IMG/VR virus record: IMGVR_UViG_3300035698_012408
Direction: 5' to 3' (one strand)
DNA: 64,000 nt
Origin: a virus
Shown: positions 61,346 to 64,000 of the stretch, in pieces
Numbering within the stretch: the first letter of the stretch is position 1
Layout: each line of letters begins with the position of its first letter
The notes under the pieces: generated by a model
Seen by the model: only the letters and a program-made list of their open reading frames with translations
Told to the model about the DNA's origin: nothing
Database searches by the model: none
Made by a program: the position numbers and the translations under genes

Positions 61346-63275
61346 GTCAATAATAACTCCAAATCCTTTGCAGGATCATCGTCGCTCCGCACTTTCCAAC
61401 AGAGAAGTAAGTTCCATTCTCTCAGATCTGGAAGCCCAGAAAGTATCTGGGAGGACGCAAGGCAACGTCGATCGAATTATCCAGCTACGCAGGCTGGCCG
61501 AGGCGGGGGCAGTTCAAACGCTAGAACCGCTGTTACCCCTCTGTCTTACTCTTCAAGGAAAACCATACGAATTAAGCGATCACTTTCCGTTTTCGCCGGT
61601 TTTCAATGTCTCGATGCCGTCGAACCTATTGCTCAAGACAGGGCGGCAGGTATCTAAGTCGACATCGCTGGCCAGTCACGGTGTGATGTTAGCCAACGCC
61701 ATTCCGTTCTTCCGCACACTTTATATCACGCCGCTCTACGAGCAGATTCGGCGATTCTCCAACAACTACGTGCGACCGTTTATCGATCGTTCTCCGATCA
61801 AGTCGCTGTGGTCTGGGACGAACACTGAGAACTCGGTGTTACAGCGGTCGTTCAAAAACCTATCGTCGATGCTGTTCAGCTTCGCGTTGATGGACGCCGA
61901 TCGGGTGCGTGGTATCTCGGCGGACAAGATTTGCATTGATGAAGTCCAGGACATGGACCCCGATCACATCCCCATTATCCGAGAAGTTATGAGCCACTCG
62001 GATTGGGGCCTTATGCAGACAACTGGAACGCCAAAATCCCTGGATAATCCAATCGAGGGCATCTGGCGTCGTAGTTCGCAAGCGGAATGGTTCATACCGT
62101 GTTACTCGTGTGGGGCTTGGAATATCCCGTCGCTGGAGTTTCATGTTTACGATATGATTGGGCCAGTACATGATGACATATCTGAATCCTGTCCTGGTGT
62201 AATCTGCCACAAATGCAGACGTCCGATCTTCCCGCGACACGGACACTGGGTACACCGGTATCCGCAACGTCGTTGGCAGCTCGCCGGCTTCCACGTCCCG
62301 CAGATCGTTATGCCGTTGCACTATGGCAGGCGGGATAAATGGGCGGAACTTGTTGCGAAGCAGGGCGGCTGGGGAAATACCACAGCCTCCACGTTCGCCA
62401 ACGAAGTATTAGGCGAGTCTATCGATGCTGGTCAAAAACTAATCTCGGAGACAGAGCTGCGAGCGGCTTCAACACTTGAGTGGCGTAACGACCCAGACAG
62501 GCCATGCGACGCCGTGATAAATCGCTTGCAGCATTACGAACAGCGAGTGTTGGCAGTAGACTGGGGCGGCGGTGGCCAAGACGGCGTATCCTTCACCACG
62601 GTAGCGGCGCTAGGTTACACGTCGGCCGGACAGATTCACGTGCTGTGGGGCAAGCGGATGATCGCCTCGCAGGAACACCTTCGGGAGGCCCGAGAGATCC
62701 TGCATTGGCTACAAGTATTCCGCTGTGACCTAATGGCCCATGACTACACTGGCGCTGGTGTCGTCCGCGAGACCGTAATGGTTCAAGCTGGTTTCGACCT
62801 TGAGCGAGTGATGGCCATTCAGTATGTCCGAGCCGCCGCCAACAATCTAATGCGGTTCGTACCGCCGTCCGTGCTGCACAACCGCGCACATTACCGCTTG
62901 GATAAAACGCGATCGATACTTTATATGATGCAAGCAATCAAGTTACGACTGCTGCAATTTTTCCAGTATGATTACAACAACGATGATGACGCTGGGTTGA
63001 TCAATGACTTCCTAGCGCTCGTTGAAGAGAAGACCGAAAGCCGGCTGGCAGGTGACATCTACACCATCACACGCAACCCGATGCTCTCGGACGACTTCGC
63101 CCAATCTGTGAACATCGGGTGCTCTGCCATCTGGCATGCGAACAATAGCTGGCCAAATTTCGCTGAAGCTGCCTCGATAGGCCGTATTAACTCCAGCCAA
63201 ATTATAGCCACGGGTTCGCGAGAGTATGGATGGGACGAAGATCAGACGATGCGAGGCTTCTTCAATCAGCCTTAA
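61344..63275 (+). CDS. terL: terminase large subunit (lambda GpA-like family)
   Basis: Walker A LLLKTGRQVSKST, Walker B KICIDEVQDM, coupling motif TTGTP, Zn-ribbon-like CYSCG...CHKC, and a C-terminal nuclease half. Confidence 0.85.
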   Translation: MSIITPNPLQDHRRSALSNREVSSILSDLEAQKVSGRTQGNVDRIIQLRRLAEAGAVQTLEPLLPLCLTLQGKPYELSDHFPFSPVFNVSMPSNLLLKTGRQVSKSTSLASHGVMLANAIPFFRTLYITPLYEQIRRFSNNYVRPFIDRSPIKSLWSGTNTENSVLQRSFKNLSSMLFSFALMDADRVRGISADKICIDEVQDMDPDHIPIIREVMSHSDWGLMQTTGTPKSLDNPIEGIWRRSSQAEWFIPCYSCGAWNIPSLEFHVYDMIGPVHDDISESCPGVICHKCRRPIFPRHGHWVHRYPQRRWQLAGFHVPQIVMPLHYGRRDKWAELVAKQGGWGNTTASTFANEVLGESIDAGQKLISETELRAASTLEWRNDPDRPCDAVINRLQHYEQRVLAVDWGGGGQDGVSFTTVAALGYTSAGQIHVLWGKRMIASQEHLREAREILHWLQVFRCDLMAHDYTGAGVVRETVMVQAGFDLERVMAIQYVRAAANNLMRFVPPSVLHNRAHYRLDKTRSILYMMQAIKLRLLQFFQYDYNNDDDAGLINDFLALVEEKTESRLAGDIYTITRNPMLSDDFAQSVNIGCSAIWHANNSWPNFAEAASIGRINSSQIIATGSREYGWDEDQTMRGFFNQP

Positions 63276-63535
63276 AAGTCTGTAGGCCGTACCGTTTCAC
63301 ATTCTTCGTCGTCCTCGTCGTCATTCATGGGAATGATGGCCATGTGCAGCCACATGCCATTGTGTAGTTCTGAAGCGTTCGCGACGTTTTGCCATCGCTC
63401 CGGGACACCAAAATCGATGCTACGGAGTTCAACGGTATACTCGTCGGGACCTTCGTCGACGTCGATCGAGATGATCGCATCGTCGGGCAATTCAGCGATT
63501 GCTTTTCTGATTTCTCGAATGGTTATGTTTGGCAT
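63272..63535 (-). CDS. hypothetical small acidic protein
   Basis: 87 aa with tail MNDDEDDEECE. Convergent 4-nt overlap with terL. Confidence 0.55.
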   Translation of the reverse strand: MPNITIREIRKAIAELPDDAIISIDVDEGPDEYTVELRSIDFGVPERWQNVANASELHNGMWLHMAIIPMNDDEDDEECETVRPTDF

Positions 63536-63547
63536 TACATCTCGTCG

Positions 63548-63847
63548 TCATTCATGGCCGAATTCGTCGTCGTCTTCTTCGTCGTAGTCTTCGTCGAAGT
63601 CGTCGTCGAAATCATCCTCGTCCCATTCCTCTTCGTCCTCGTCAACCGCGTCGGTCGATTGCTCGATAGGCAAGATCACTGGGTCGAATTGTGGTACGAT
63701 AGTGTCAGCGCGTGTGGCTGCTTCCATCGCGTGGCCGTCAAGTATACCAAAAGCCTCAGGCAGCTCCTCGGGACAGAGATCGTCTTCGAGGTTAGGATAG
63801 AGGCAAAATGGGACGTCGACCACGGGAATCATCAAGTCGCTTGACAT
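63548..63847 (-). CDS. hypothetical small protein with extreme poly-acidic C-terminus
   Basis: Trimmed from the TTG at 63859 to the ATG at 63847 (MSSDLMIP...). Tail DEDEEEWDEDDFDDDFDEDYDEEDDDEF. Confidence 0.55.
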   Translation of the reverse strand: MSSDLMIPVVDVPFCLYPNLEDDLCPEELPEAFGILDGHAMEAATRADTIVPQFDPVILPIEQSTDAVDEDEEEWDEDDFDDDFDEDYDEEDDDEFGHE

Positions 63848-64000
63848 TTGGATCTCCAATTCGTTAGTTCTTGGTTAAACCACGGCTCGGGTACGAGCCA
63901 TCCTTGTTCATCCTTGTATGGCGACTCACCCACGAGTACGCCTAGTTCTTCCAACGAACGTGTGATTAGTAAGAGATCTGGACGTAGGCCACCCGCCTTA
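63832..64000 (-). CDS. 3' end of an ORF entering from beyond the window
   Basis: My translation of the open frame: ...KAGGLRPDLLLITRSLEELGVLVGESPYKDEQGWLVPEPWFNQELTNWRSKCQAT*. The stop is at 63832 and overlaps the next start by 16 nt. Confidence 0.4.
   Translation of the reverse strand, partial: KAGGLRPDLLLITRSLEELGVLVGESPYKDEQGWLVPEPWFNQELTNWRSKCQAT

Overview
This 64-kb window looks like the early and middle arm (replication, recombination, nucleotide metabolism) of a large tailed dsDNA phage or prophage of a moderately high-GC bacterium. SD-like GGAGG/AGGAG sites precede many starts.

Gene layout: I count about 85 tightly packed genes. All are on the minus strand except csrA (33605-33820) and the terminase large subunit (61344-63275). 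Neighbouring genes are very often translationally coupled through ATGA, TAATG, TGATG, TAGTG or TTGA stop/start overlaps. The ORF track uses the longest ORF with alternative start codons, so I trimmed many starts to an ATG or coupled start. Stop coordinates are the reliable ends.

Products recognised from motifs I could read:
- DNA modification and repair: DPPY DNA methyltransferase (partial, at the window edge), RuvC-like resolvase, DEDDh exonuclease, RNase H.
- Nucleotide metabolism: a SEC-C::dUTPase fusion, ThyX, class II RNR.
- Sugar metabolism: GmhB-like HAD phosphatase, GT2 glycosyltransferase, bifunctional HldE (ADP-heptose synthesis).
- Recombination: RecA homologue, a possible gp32-like SSB with a P/Q-repeat tail, Rad50/SbcC and Mre11/SbcD.
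- Replication: family-A DNA polymerase with an N-terminal UDG-like domain, a Topo-VI-A/Spo11-type Toprim protein, Zn-finger/Toprim primase, DnaB-like helicase, SF2 helicase.
- Other: a class I SAM methyltransferase, a CsrA homologue, GpA-type TerL.

About half of the ORFs, especially 44.5-49 kb and 51-61 kb, have no motif I can recognise.

Most interesting non-standard signals:
- A phage-borne ADP-heptose/glycosyltransferase gene set, including a HAD phosphatase that lacks its nucleophile Asp.
- A 123-nt tRNA-like gene with canonical acceptor, D and T arms but an oversized central region.
- Three short sequence modules reused in different pairwise combinations in three intergenic regions around a Xis/MerR-like HTH gene.
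- A palindrome-rich 434-bp intergenic hub carrying two inverted copies of a TGTGA-N6-TCACA element.
- A 17-nt motif shared by two operon starts.
- A dual-coding Lys-rich/Glu-rich overlap.

All functional calls rest on motif recognition by eye. No database search was run.
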